The position numbers and the translations under genes were made by a program. This document shows positions 41,530-52,803 of a stretch of DNA of 64,000 nucleotides, in pieces. The DNA is from Lingula anatina (taxonomy: Eukaryota; Animalia; Brachiopoda). The notes beneath the pieces are model-generated. The model was given only the letters and a program-made list of their open reading frames with translations. It ran no database searches and was not told the DNA's origin. Location: assembly GCA_051362555.1 (NCBI GenBank), contig CM120643.1:24742848-24806847 (forward strand). The letters run 5' to 3'. The stretch's first letter is position 1; each line of letters opens with the position of its first letter.

Positions 41530-44500
41530 ATGTCTGCTTGTGTAAGGAGGTCACGTTTCCTTCGGAACAATTTCGCATTTATTGGTAAGATCTGAATTAC
41601 TAATCTTTTTAAAATATTTTTTAGTTTGTCTCAAGTGCAATGCTTATTCCTGTTATTTAAAAAATTCTAAAGGGCGTCCGAATTAGGAAATATCGTTATC
41701 GATAATGTCTCGTTTCATTTCGTCTGGGAAATTCCCATCAAAAATTTATGTCGATTATCATATTATTAAAAAAATTATCCCAACTCGTCACTAGTCTGTG
41801 TGTAATATTTAAAGTAGATGTGAATTTTAATGTTTGCTTTAATGTGAAATCTTAAAAGGTGGGACAAATGAGACTTTTCCACATTCCTTGAAATTGTAAA
41901 TTTCTGAAGATACTCTCTCTCTCTTTTTTTTTTTTTGCAAACACCTTTGTTTAACAATCCCCACTTTATCATGGTCACTCAAAGGGAAATTCCTAGTTTG
42001 TCATCTGTTGCTGATGTGTGCCATTTTTAAAATTTTATTCTTATAGAATATTTTTTTTTTCCTGTTGCATTGTTTGTCCTACAGTGTATTTTTGTATGTG
42101 ATAGATGACAGTTCCCCTAATTTTATTTCATTATTATTATAATTTTTATTTATTTTTTTCTTTTGAAAACTCTATCATCACAAATTGAGAGTTGTGAAAT
42201 TGGTGCTAGGAAGTTCGTTTTCAGATACAGCAGCAAAGATATTGTATTCATAAAGAAGGAGCATTCATCTCCAATCTCCATTCCAGCATTGCCACATTTT
42301 CATTTATATCTTACAGACTGTCTCAGATGACTTAACCGGAAACTGAAAGTTAAAAAAAATCAGTTCAGCTGACATCCATTGAACAAAATGGCTGAAGACT
42401 TTGAGAAGTTAGTGAAAAAGTTTCTAAAAGATGAAAAGTATTCCGAGTGCCGTGAACTCATCCTTGCTCCTCCTTACCAAAAGCACATTCCTGCTGTTTC
42501 CTGGGATCTGATCCCTGCATTTTCAACATGCCTCACAGCGGAGAATGCCCTCAAATTCCCACACCTCACAGAAATATGTGGAGACATCTTTGAACAGTTT
42601 GTCACCCTTGGGAACCCCAAAGAGCTTATGTTAGGATTCCTGGAACAAGCTGGTGCATTCATCGATGAAGTTCGCTATCTAACCCTCCTGAAACCTATAC
42701 AGAAAGTTTTGCTAAAGCTGCCATCTAAGAGGCACAATTCATTGCAGATATCCCTGGAGACCCTTTATGGATATATTGGAGCTCTGAAAGAACCAGAAGA
42801 TTATAAGTTGGAGAAAGAAGAGCGGAAGTTTTTGGAAAATGATCCAAAGGTCAGCCAAATCAACACAGCAGTAGATGCCTTAGTGGATTTTCTTAAACCA
42901 TTCGTACATGATATATCAGTGGATGTTGTTAGGGAAAATAGCCTTGCCAACATGAATGAGAGGAAAGACCTGGTGATATATTTGATTAAGCTGCTGGAAT
43001 TTCCGATGGTGTATTTCGATTTGTCACATGATCCGAATGACGGGGACGCCAAGCGTTCCACCGGTCGTGTGATAGCCCAGCGCATCATCTCCTTGATTTC
43101 CAAATTACAGCATGATTTTTACAAAACCCTTAGCTGGATGCTGGCAGCACATTCTAAAGACAGTGTCAAAAAGATGAGAAAAGCAGGAAAATTATCATCG
43201 GGAGCTTTGGATGAGATCGATGAAGTTGATGAATGGGAGAAAGAGCAACAAGCTCCCATTGTGGGAATGAGCTGTTTTGCCTACCTTCTTTTCTGTGAGA
43301 ATGTTGGAATTGACAAGTTTCCATCTGTGTTTACACATCCATACGTCTTTGAGTCCAACATTGTCTTTATGTGTGTCATGATGCATAAAACACATTCCGT
43401 CGTTATAGAAAAGGGCGTGGCACTTGCAGAGACTCTTGTCAAGCGCATCCCAAAAGGAGAATGGGAACCAGAAATCCTGGAATCGAAAGATTTTGCCATC
43501 TTTGTTGACTATATAACCCGTGTGCTGATCAACTGCCCAGTGCAAGACCTTCGTAGCCGTGCTTTGAAACTGATCCCCATCATAGTCAGCAGGTTTAATG
43601 CCTACGGTCGGAGCCAGTGTCTTTTTCTGATGCTGAATAAAGCTGCACGCCCTGGCCATCAAGGATATATCATTCAACTGATCAAGGATGAAATTCATGC
43701 CAACTTGCAGTCACCTTCGCCAAGTGAGGCCTTCTCTGCCCGAGCACTGCAGAAATTCTACAACCTTGTCTTTGCTTTCCCAGAAGAGGGCCCGCACACT
43801 GACCTTCTCAGCCAATCGGATCGAGTTATGGCTGTGCTGAATTTCTTCCGATATCTCATTTTGCGTGATCCACCCAACATCAATGTCACCGGAATATGGA
43901 CTGTTGTTGACCAAATTGAAAAAGTCTACATAGCCCCCTTGCTCCATGGGTTCAAGATGTCCAAAAATCACATCGAGGCAGAACTGAAGATGATGCAGCA
44001 GGGACTGTACAATAGAAAAGTCCGTGATGACAAGGGGGCAGATGTCGGCATTGCCATTGCTGGGACACTCCTGCCAAGTATGCCAAAGTCTCAGAAGATG
44101 CAGGTGCTACAGGTTGGCTTAAACACCTTTGAAATGATGGGGATTGTCCTGGGAAGGGTCACTGATCTTCTGGCCACCTTGAAGAGAGGGGGCAGCCCAA
44201 CTGGACTGACTCAAGTGACTGCTAAGACCAGTTCATTGGAAGTGACTGGAGGGACTAGGTCCAGTGAAACGACTCAAGAGACTGACACAACTGGAGTGGC
44301 TGGAGAGAAAGTGAGTCCAACTGTAGAGGTTAGCCCTGATGAAGAGACTAGCTCAAGTAAATAGGGATTAGATCATGGTGGAAAGACGGGAAACAACTTT
44401 GCTGGAGTCAATGGATAGACTTCTAGAACAACTGAGGACAAGTACCCTCTATCAGATGAATATTTTTCACAAGGTGTTCACAGATATTGCTCTGATTAAT

Positions 44501-45080
44501 TCTGTGCTCAGCCTTTTTTTTTCACACACTTTGAGAAGTGATGGCATCACCTATGACAGAGAGTATGCTGCATCATCTTCCCTTGAACAGTATAGAGAAT
44601 AATTTTTTTGTTCTGTTGCTTTAAGAGATGGGGGGTGGGAGAGATTGGGGTTAGGAGAAATTTCAATATGAGTAGGCAGGAACTGATCAAATCAGAAATT
44701 CACAATATTTATCTTGTTAGCACTGAAATAATTACCAAATAAATTGGAGGCAGGAATAGCTGAGAATTGAGGACAGTAATTTTTAATTGAAAAAAAAAAA
44801 TGATGAGTTGTAATAATGCATGTTATTTGCTATAATTGAATGTGGTTTTATTTACGTGACTTATATTTGTTGGCATACACTGTGAGATGTATTACACCTT
44901 CGGCTTGACATCTTCCTACAAGATAAGGTTTACAGTAAAATACCCTTATCAGAGAGAGATGCCAAGTGATATATAAACTTAGTGAAAGGACCATGTTGTC
45001 CTTGAATTAAGTTTTTGAATACAGGTTCACAGTGGTGTCCCAAAAATATGTTGCTCATAGAATATTGAATGTCATTTCTG

Positions 45081-45136
<56 letters not shown>

Positions 45137-48100
45137 TTGGAATCTTTTAGTAGTTTTGCGTTGACTTGTTTTACAGTGGTGCAATACATATTTTAGAAAA
45201 ATTGCTGGAATGTGAAAGTAGAATATAAAAGAAATTATCTTCTTGTTTGTTTTCTAATTTTTTAGAAAACTTATGAGATGGCCTTGAAGAAAGTGTACAT
45301 TCAAACTATTTGCCTATATAGACTAACAGACTGGTACAGGTTCATAGTGTAGTTGATCCAATTTTGCATTAAAATAAGCTAAAGAAAATTATCTGATTAC
45401 CTTGGTATGACTTCCTGGGGTAGCGCTAACACTCGCCAATTTAGCCAAATGCTAAAACTGACTGAAATTGGCTAAAGAAAAAGGGTTTGATTTGACATGT
45501 TTTAGCCAAATTATAACCATTGATAACAAATTGACAAAAATGTGGTGATATGGCTAAGCGAAAAAAATTGCTAGCGCTACCCCAGACTTCTATGCTTTGT
45601 TGGTACGTAACAATTATCTTGCACTTGTATTGAGAAATGTAATTAAAAGAACAAGCAGGAAGGTTTATAATTACTAGACTGAAATGGTATTGGATTTCTT
45701 AACGGATGATCATTTGTCCAATAATGATTTGAAAGTGACTTTATGCAGTGTCTTGAATTGAAAGTGGAAACTGAAGCTTATATTACAACATTGTTAAAGC
45801 ACCAATTTGAAAACCAATATTAGAATTGATGTTTATGCCAATCATTTGCTTTCTGTGTCTGCAGTTGTATTTTATATTTTATATATATATATATAATAAT
45901 GGAAGAAAGAAATTTTTAAAGCTTTCAGTCAAATTTTTTTTTTTTTTTTTTTTTTATGGAAGCTTGACTAAATTCTTTAAAGTTTGACTATTTGTCAGAA
46001 GAAAACTCAGCTTGGCTAAATGGCTATGAAAAAATTGTACAAGCTTGTATATTCACCCTGTTTGCTTACATCTACTAGTATATATCTAATAGACAAATAG
46101 ACAGGTACAGGTTAACAATGATCCAATTTTGCATCAAAATAAGTTAAAAAAATTATACGATTACATTGGTATGACTCCTGTACCTTGTTGACAATTATCT
46201 TGTGCTTGTATTTTTAAATGAAACTAAAAGAAAGAGCAGGGAAGTTTATAATTACTAGAGATTGTATTGCATTTCCAAGTAGATGATCAGTCGTCCAATG
46301 ATGATTTGAAAATGACTTAATGCAGTGTCTCGAATTGAAAGTGGAAACTGAAGCTCATCTTACAGCATTATTGTGAAAGCACCAAAAACCAGTTATAATT
46401 CATGTTTATGCCAATCATTTGCTTTCTGTGCCTGCATTTGTATTTTATAGTTGTAATGGAAGAAAGAAAGTTTGAAAGCTTTCAGTAGTATTTTTTAAAT
46501 GGTGAAATTTCCCCTATGTTATTCTTATATGACGAAAGGTTTACTTAATAGTAGTTAATAATTGCTTATTATGTTGAAATTAGGTAACATTGAATATTGC
46601 CTATTAAATATTGAAAACGATGGAACATGATAAATGATTAAAGTGAAGTCGTCAAATTTGTTTATGAGAAGAACACTATGAATGATATCTTTGTTTGGAA
46701 ATGAAAATTTACAATTAAGAATAAATGATTCCATTCTTGTCTTTTATTCTGTTGTTTTTGAAAATACAGTGGTGGACATGTGGGAAGTAAGATAGTTCTG
46801 TCATCAAAAAAAATTCATTGAACTGAAAATTTTCATGAAAAGGAACATCAAAAGGGCAGGGGGGGGGGGCAGAAATTTGACTCCACCACAGATATTTGAG
46901 CTGAAAATGTAATATCATTGCAGTATCTGTGAGAACTTTATCCAGACGTGGTCCTCTCCTTTGTACACCTGGTGGCAGCACAGGAGAACAAAGGTACACA
47001 CAGAAAGCAAGTCTTGTAATTATGATATTTTTGTTTGTTATTGAAAGGTGTCAAATTTGTAATTCCTTCTTAGGAATACTGCATCCACTTCTGACCTGCA
47101 TCAATGCCTTTAGTTTTAAAGTTTGTTGAAACAATTTAAATGGTTTCTCTGAAAATGGTTTATGTAAAAGTCATACCTTTTCCCTTTAATCTACTTCAAA
47201 TGATGTTGAAACATTACTACCAAAATCATTTAAATTTTTTTCTCAAGAAGAAAGGAACATTTATTCATAACAGCCTCAAATATTTTCTTGTGATTTTTCA
47301 GCAATTGGGAAGAGCCCCCATCTGGGGACAGCGAGGAGGATTATGAATATGAGATCAAGAAAAGAATTTTAAATGCTTCACTGAGATATGTCCATGACCA
47401 CGGATGGACAATCACAACTCTTTCCAAAGGTATGGGCCAAAAACCTTAATTTAATTTGGGTCACACAAGCAAAATCATATCACTAAACAAGTAACTTTTT
47501 TCACCTCTAGTAACTATTAATTAAAATTGATACTAAAGAAATTAGATTATTTAATCATATCATTATTTAATGGTAAAAGAGAAATGAACCTCATTTTTAT
47601 GTTGATTTTGGAGAATTTTATCTCATTACTATAAGCCTATACTGTCTCTTTGTAAAAAGTATCAGACCTATGCGAATGCAAGTTTTAATATTTTTTAGCC
47701 ATTACATGTCATACGTACATGTCATGACCTCTACTGTAAAGAAAAGTTTAATAGTTATATATTCAGTGTAAAAGTTAAGCATCGGTGATCTTTTAAATAT
47801 TTTTATGTACAGACACAGATGTGTCTGTACATATTGCCATCACCTGCGTCTGTCGTCGCCGATCATGTCGCCGTCGCCGTCGCCGTCGCCGTGCACTTTT
47901 AGTGTTAACACCATAAGTGGAAGACAGTTTTACTTTTTGGCTTTATATTTACAGAGCTGACTAATATTCATAAAACGCAGGTCAAGTTCGAAAATCAGCA
48001 TGATTGGGCCATTATTGTAGAATTTATGCTGTTTTTTTCACTTTTCAGCATATATGCAACACTGTTAACACATTTCAAGGAAAACCGATAGGCCTGTTGT

Positions 48101-51100
48101 CATGAAACTCACAGGAGTAATCAGTCTTACTAAAACGCAGATCAAGTTCGAAAATCGGCATGATCGGGCCACTATATTAGTAGTTATGCTGTTTTTTCAC
48201 TTTTCAGCATATATGCAACACTGTTAACACATTTCAAGGAAAACCGATAGACCTGTTGTCATGAAACTCACAGGAGTAATCAATCTTACTAAAACGCAGG
48301 TCAAGTTCGAAAATCGGCATGATCGGGCCACTATTTTACTATTTATGCTGTTTTTTACACTTTTCAGCATATATGCAACACTGTAAACACAATATAAGAA
48401 AAACAGATGGGCCAATTGTCATGAAAGTCACAGGAGTGGTCAATTTTACTAAAATGCAGGTTGAGTTCGTAAATCAGCATAATCATGCAATTTTTTTAGA
48501 AGGTATGCTGTTTTTTCACATTTCCTCAGATTCAATTTTTAGGCATGTTAACAGTCTCATTATTAAACTAATAAGATACGTGAAAGTGTTTGTTTGACAT
48601 TTCCTACATCTTTACAACATTGTTAGTTGATTTTGTAAAAATGATGGTAAACATGTTATTGTGTATTGTGTAATAAAGTTTCAAAAATGGAAATAAACTC
48701 ATATCATTGCAGTTTGTCAGATTCAATCATTCACTATGTTCAGAATCTCAGAATGGAAGCAATTGGACATTTAACACTGCTCTATTGATATTTTTCTCAT
48801 CTCATCAATTTTCTTAGTTGATCATATAAAAATGGCAGTAAACTGTTAATTTTGTTTTATGTTAAAAATTGTTATAAATGGGGAAAAAAACATTTAAGAA
48901 CAGTGCTGTCTTGTTTACATTTTGGCATTTTCAAGTTGTGACTTTGAAGTTCCATGGGCCTGAAGACCTTTGCTAGTCACATTTTCTGAATATCCATGAT
49001 ACTAATATTTTATTATTAAAAATTGATGGTCATTATGCTGTTAAACATTATGTAATATTGCATCAAAATTTGAAAAAAACCTATTTTGGGCACTGCTCCC
49101 ATGATTACCTTTTAAGAAAAACCATGTCACTTACTGTTCTCAAACTTACAGGAAAGAAACATGGGACTAAAATACAGCTTCAGTAGGCAATGCAATCTGC
49201 CAGTTAAACAGTTTTTGTGAAAATTTAATTTTTCACATATTGGCATTTTCAAGGTGTGACTTTGAAGTTCCACAGGCTTGAAGACCCAGGCTAGTCACAT
49301 TTTCTGAAAATCCATGATACATATATTTTGTTATTAAAAATTGATTGTCATTATGCAGTTAACCATTATGTAATATTGCATCAGAATAGAAGAAAACACA
49401 ATTTTGGGTGCTGCTGCCATGATGACCATTATGGGAAAACCATGTTACTTATGATTGCCAAACTTTCAAAAAAGAAATACAGGACTAAAATGCAGCCTAA
49501 GTTGGAAAAGCAGTCTAATTGACTTCTTTTTCTGGAAGTTTTACATTTTCAAAGTGTGAACTTGAACTCCCATGGGCCTGAAGCCTTATGCTTGTTTCAC
49601 ATTTTACTTACATTGGTATTACCTGTTGAGCATAATTAAAATTTGATGTTGAATTTGCAGTTTAACATAATGTACTTTTGCATCAGAATTGACAGAAGCC
49701 TATTTTGTTATTTCCTGCTTTTTGTCTGTACATTTGACAGCTTTGCTGCCTTGTTTTAGTTTGTTTAGTTTAATGATGCTTAGTATAACAGTGCATTGTT
49801 AAGCCCTGATGAATGAGCAGTGCAGTGCCTCACACATACATGCAAGCATACATGAGCACACATTCATATGCAAACAAACGCACACACACACACATGATAT
49901 ATTATATGTACGTTTTCCTGTGGCAAATCCTCCCCAGGTGCTGAAAGTGAAGGATATCCCTCCATAGCTCACGGCATGTTCCCCAGGGGTGGAGCAGAAC
50001 TCGTACATCACTTGTATGCTACGTGGAACGCCCAGTTGGCTACGACACTCAGACAGGAGGTCGAGGCCAGTCAGCAGCTAGAGAGTGAGAGGACACAACA
50101 ACAGGATGGGGCAGAAAGGCTGCAAGAGGAGCCTGCAGATGGAGACAGGTATTTAGCTGTTGTTTTAAAAAACCTTTTCCGTTTACCACCTAATGTTGGC
50201 CACCAGCATGAGCACTGCTGCCTGATGTATTTGTCTTGGCATGGATATCTAGTCCAGAGGTCTGTTGGTATTACACTGTGTGGATTTTGTTTATCCTAGA
50301 AAAAAAGGGGTCCATCATCTGGGACTGAACCCAGATAAGCATCCAAGGTCCTTAGAAACACCTCAGTTTCACAAACTGTAAGTAGTATTTTACTGACTGT
50401 GACTAGACTCATCTGTCTTTTATTCATTTAGGTACTAGGACGTTTATTACGTTGACCCAACATGTGCAATATACATACATGAGAGAAACAGTGTTTCAGT
50501 GTTTCATTACTACACCAGTATAAGATTGGTCAAACCAAGACCTTGGATATAAACAACACTTGGTTTACTTGGCCAAATATATAGTGGCTGATTGATTCTA
50601 CTACCTATAAACTTTTTCTCATCAGATTGGACATAATTTATTGGTTCTTCCATGAGGTACATTCATTGCCCAACTGACTCATGAAGAAAAGCACATCCCA
50701 GATCATTGAACATGTCTAAAGAAAGAATGCAAATGATGAGAGATATCCATTGCTCACCTGATGCATTCTAATTCCTGTTTTCCAGGAAGAAAAGCACCAC
50801 AGAGTTTATTAGTAATGCTGTGGAGACAAGGCTTAGGATGATTATACCTTACATGGACAAGTGGCCACAGGTGAGAGAATGCTCCATGAGAATACCATTT
50901 CTGAGAACTGTATTTTACAGTAAATTTCTACTGATCAATTTCCCTTTTATCACCAAGGCATACCCTATCCACAACTGTTGAGAAAATCAAAAACTCAGTT
51001 TCCAATTTTATTGTTAGGAGTTATCTTGGTATCATTAGGTTTAGCCAGATAACAAAATAGTCATTTTAGCAGCAAAGTATAGTCTTGTTGCTTTAAGGAC

Positions 51101-52688
51101 TTCTGCTTATTATTTTATTATTATTATATTATTATTTTATTCTTATATTATTATTTTAAGGCTGTCACAGATTCAAGTGAAATCTCTCATTATTTAAACA
51201 TTAAAGGTAATACTTTCAGTACTATTTATTATATTTGTAGGCCATGGCAATCCTGGCGCTCCCTCAGAATGCTCCGGAGGCAATGAAGAATCTCCTCAAC
51301 CTCACAGATGACATATGGTACTATGCAGGAGACAGATCAGCAGATGTAGGTTATAAGAAAAAAATTCTTTTTTTTACACAGAGTTTTAGAGAAAAGTAGA
51401 AACTAACTATCAGACATAAGCCTTTTCCACAGAAATGCAAAATTCCGCATTTTTTAATTCAATTCTGATGGTTCTTGAGATTCATCAAGAACTGCAATAA
51501 AATGATAAATGTTCAGAGTTTTTTTTTAAACCTAGGCTCATGTCTAAAATGGTAAACTACTTTTAAAATTATATCTAGTAACAGCAAAGGGCAGTGACAT
51601 GATGGTATAACTCAGTTACCAGCACTCTCTGAAACTTTGGGGTCTTTATGTTTATATGGCCAGGGGTTGAAAATTAAAGTAATGAGGCAAACCTCTTTGC
51701 CAGGCCATCCTTTTCTGCGGACCAGCCTTGAAATAAGTGTGAGAAAACTTGCAAAAAGGCTTGTGCCATGTCTGCCTCATATAAGACACTCACATGTTTT
51801 ATGGACTTTAACAATGGAAGTTTCAAATTGGGAATGGGAAAATATAGGTAGATACAGTTGTACTATGAGCATAAACATCTTACGACAAGACATGTTCACA
51901 TCATGATTTACTTTGACTTGAAATATGCTGATTTTAACATTACTGGAGGACCATGTTACTTTGGGACCATATTTAATTCCATATTCAGGAAAGTGATTGT
52001 AAGGGGTGTCAGGGTTTTTTTTTCCAGTCTTACATGTAGTTTCTCCTGATGTGAACAGAACTGTAAATTAAACTGTCATGACGTATGGGAAAATTTTTTT
52101 TTTTTTTTACTTCACCATGCACTCCTGTTTGTGTTCCAGTTTAACTGGTATACCAAAAGACTGGCTTTAGCAGGTGTCTACAAGAGCACAGAGTTGTGTA
52201 TGATACAGGACAAGTCTGTGGACTACACTGACACATGGGACTTCCTGGACAGGAGGCTGGAGGACCTCAAACAGGCAGGGAAGCTGGCTAGAAAGGTGGG
52301 TGAGCTCTGGCATCTTACTGACTTGGGATATCAAGATGTTTTTTTTTTTTTTTTTACATCTGCACATTTTTGTGATGTCTGTGGAGAATTTGCACTCATT
52401 ATTTATTATTATTATGAAAAATAGAGGGCACCACTAGTCAGTTGCCCACCATGCATTATTGCTCTAGATCTGATTTTTATCAGATGTTTCTGTAGAAACA
52501 TTCACTGCAGGAGAGTGGATCTAATTCAGTCAAGGATGTTTACAGATAATCTAGTTTCATTTTCCCCAACTACACATTTCCAAGTATTTGTGTTAAATTG
52601 GTAGTTTTAGTTGGTATGTTTTAGAATTTTTAAGTTTTAAACTCTATATTTTACATTAATTACCATACACAGTATGATCTTAAAGGAC

Positions 52689-52733
<45 letters not shown>

Positions 52734-52759
52734 TTATTATTATTATTATTTTACTACAT

Positions 52760-52803
<44 letters not shown>

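Larger units (their letters stand above)
47801..49757 (+). mobile_element. Helentron-associated non-autonomous element (HINE / DINE-1-like), ~1.95 kb, in COQ9 intron 3
   Basis: Starts in a T-run; 5' hairpin ATGTACAGACAC-agat-GTGTCTGTACAT (47805-47832); (GCCGTC)n microsatellite (~47850-47892); internal tandem arrays; 3' subterminal repeat TGTCTGTACAT (49723-49733) followed by short stem-loop GACAGC-ttt-GCTGCC (49736-49750) and TTGTTTT. This order of parts matches the described HINE architecture. Confidence 0.8.

Noticed and set aside
42328-42372. Selenocysteine decoding of the two in-frame TGA codons upstream of GLMN
   Set aside because: No SECIS element recognised by eye downstream, and neither protein family is a known selenoprotein.
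42474-43971. Several - strand ORFs (62-167 aa) antisense to GLMN
   Set aside because: Shadow ORFs of the real CDS with no motifs.
47972-48520. Regularly spaced repeats superficially like a CRISPR array
   Set aside because: Whole ~160-bp units repeat with no unique spacers, there are no cas genes, and the context is a eukaryotic transposon interior.
51590-51680. tRNA/SINE-like A- and B-box words (also ~50320-50335)
   Set aside because: Too degenerate; no cloverleaf, tail or TSD could be supported.
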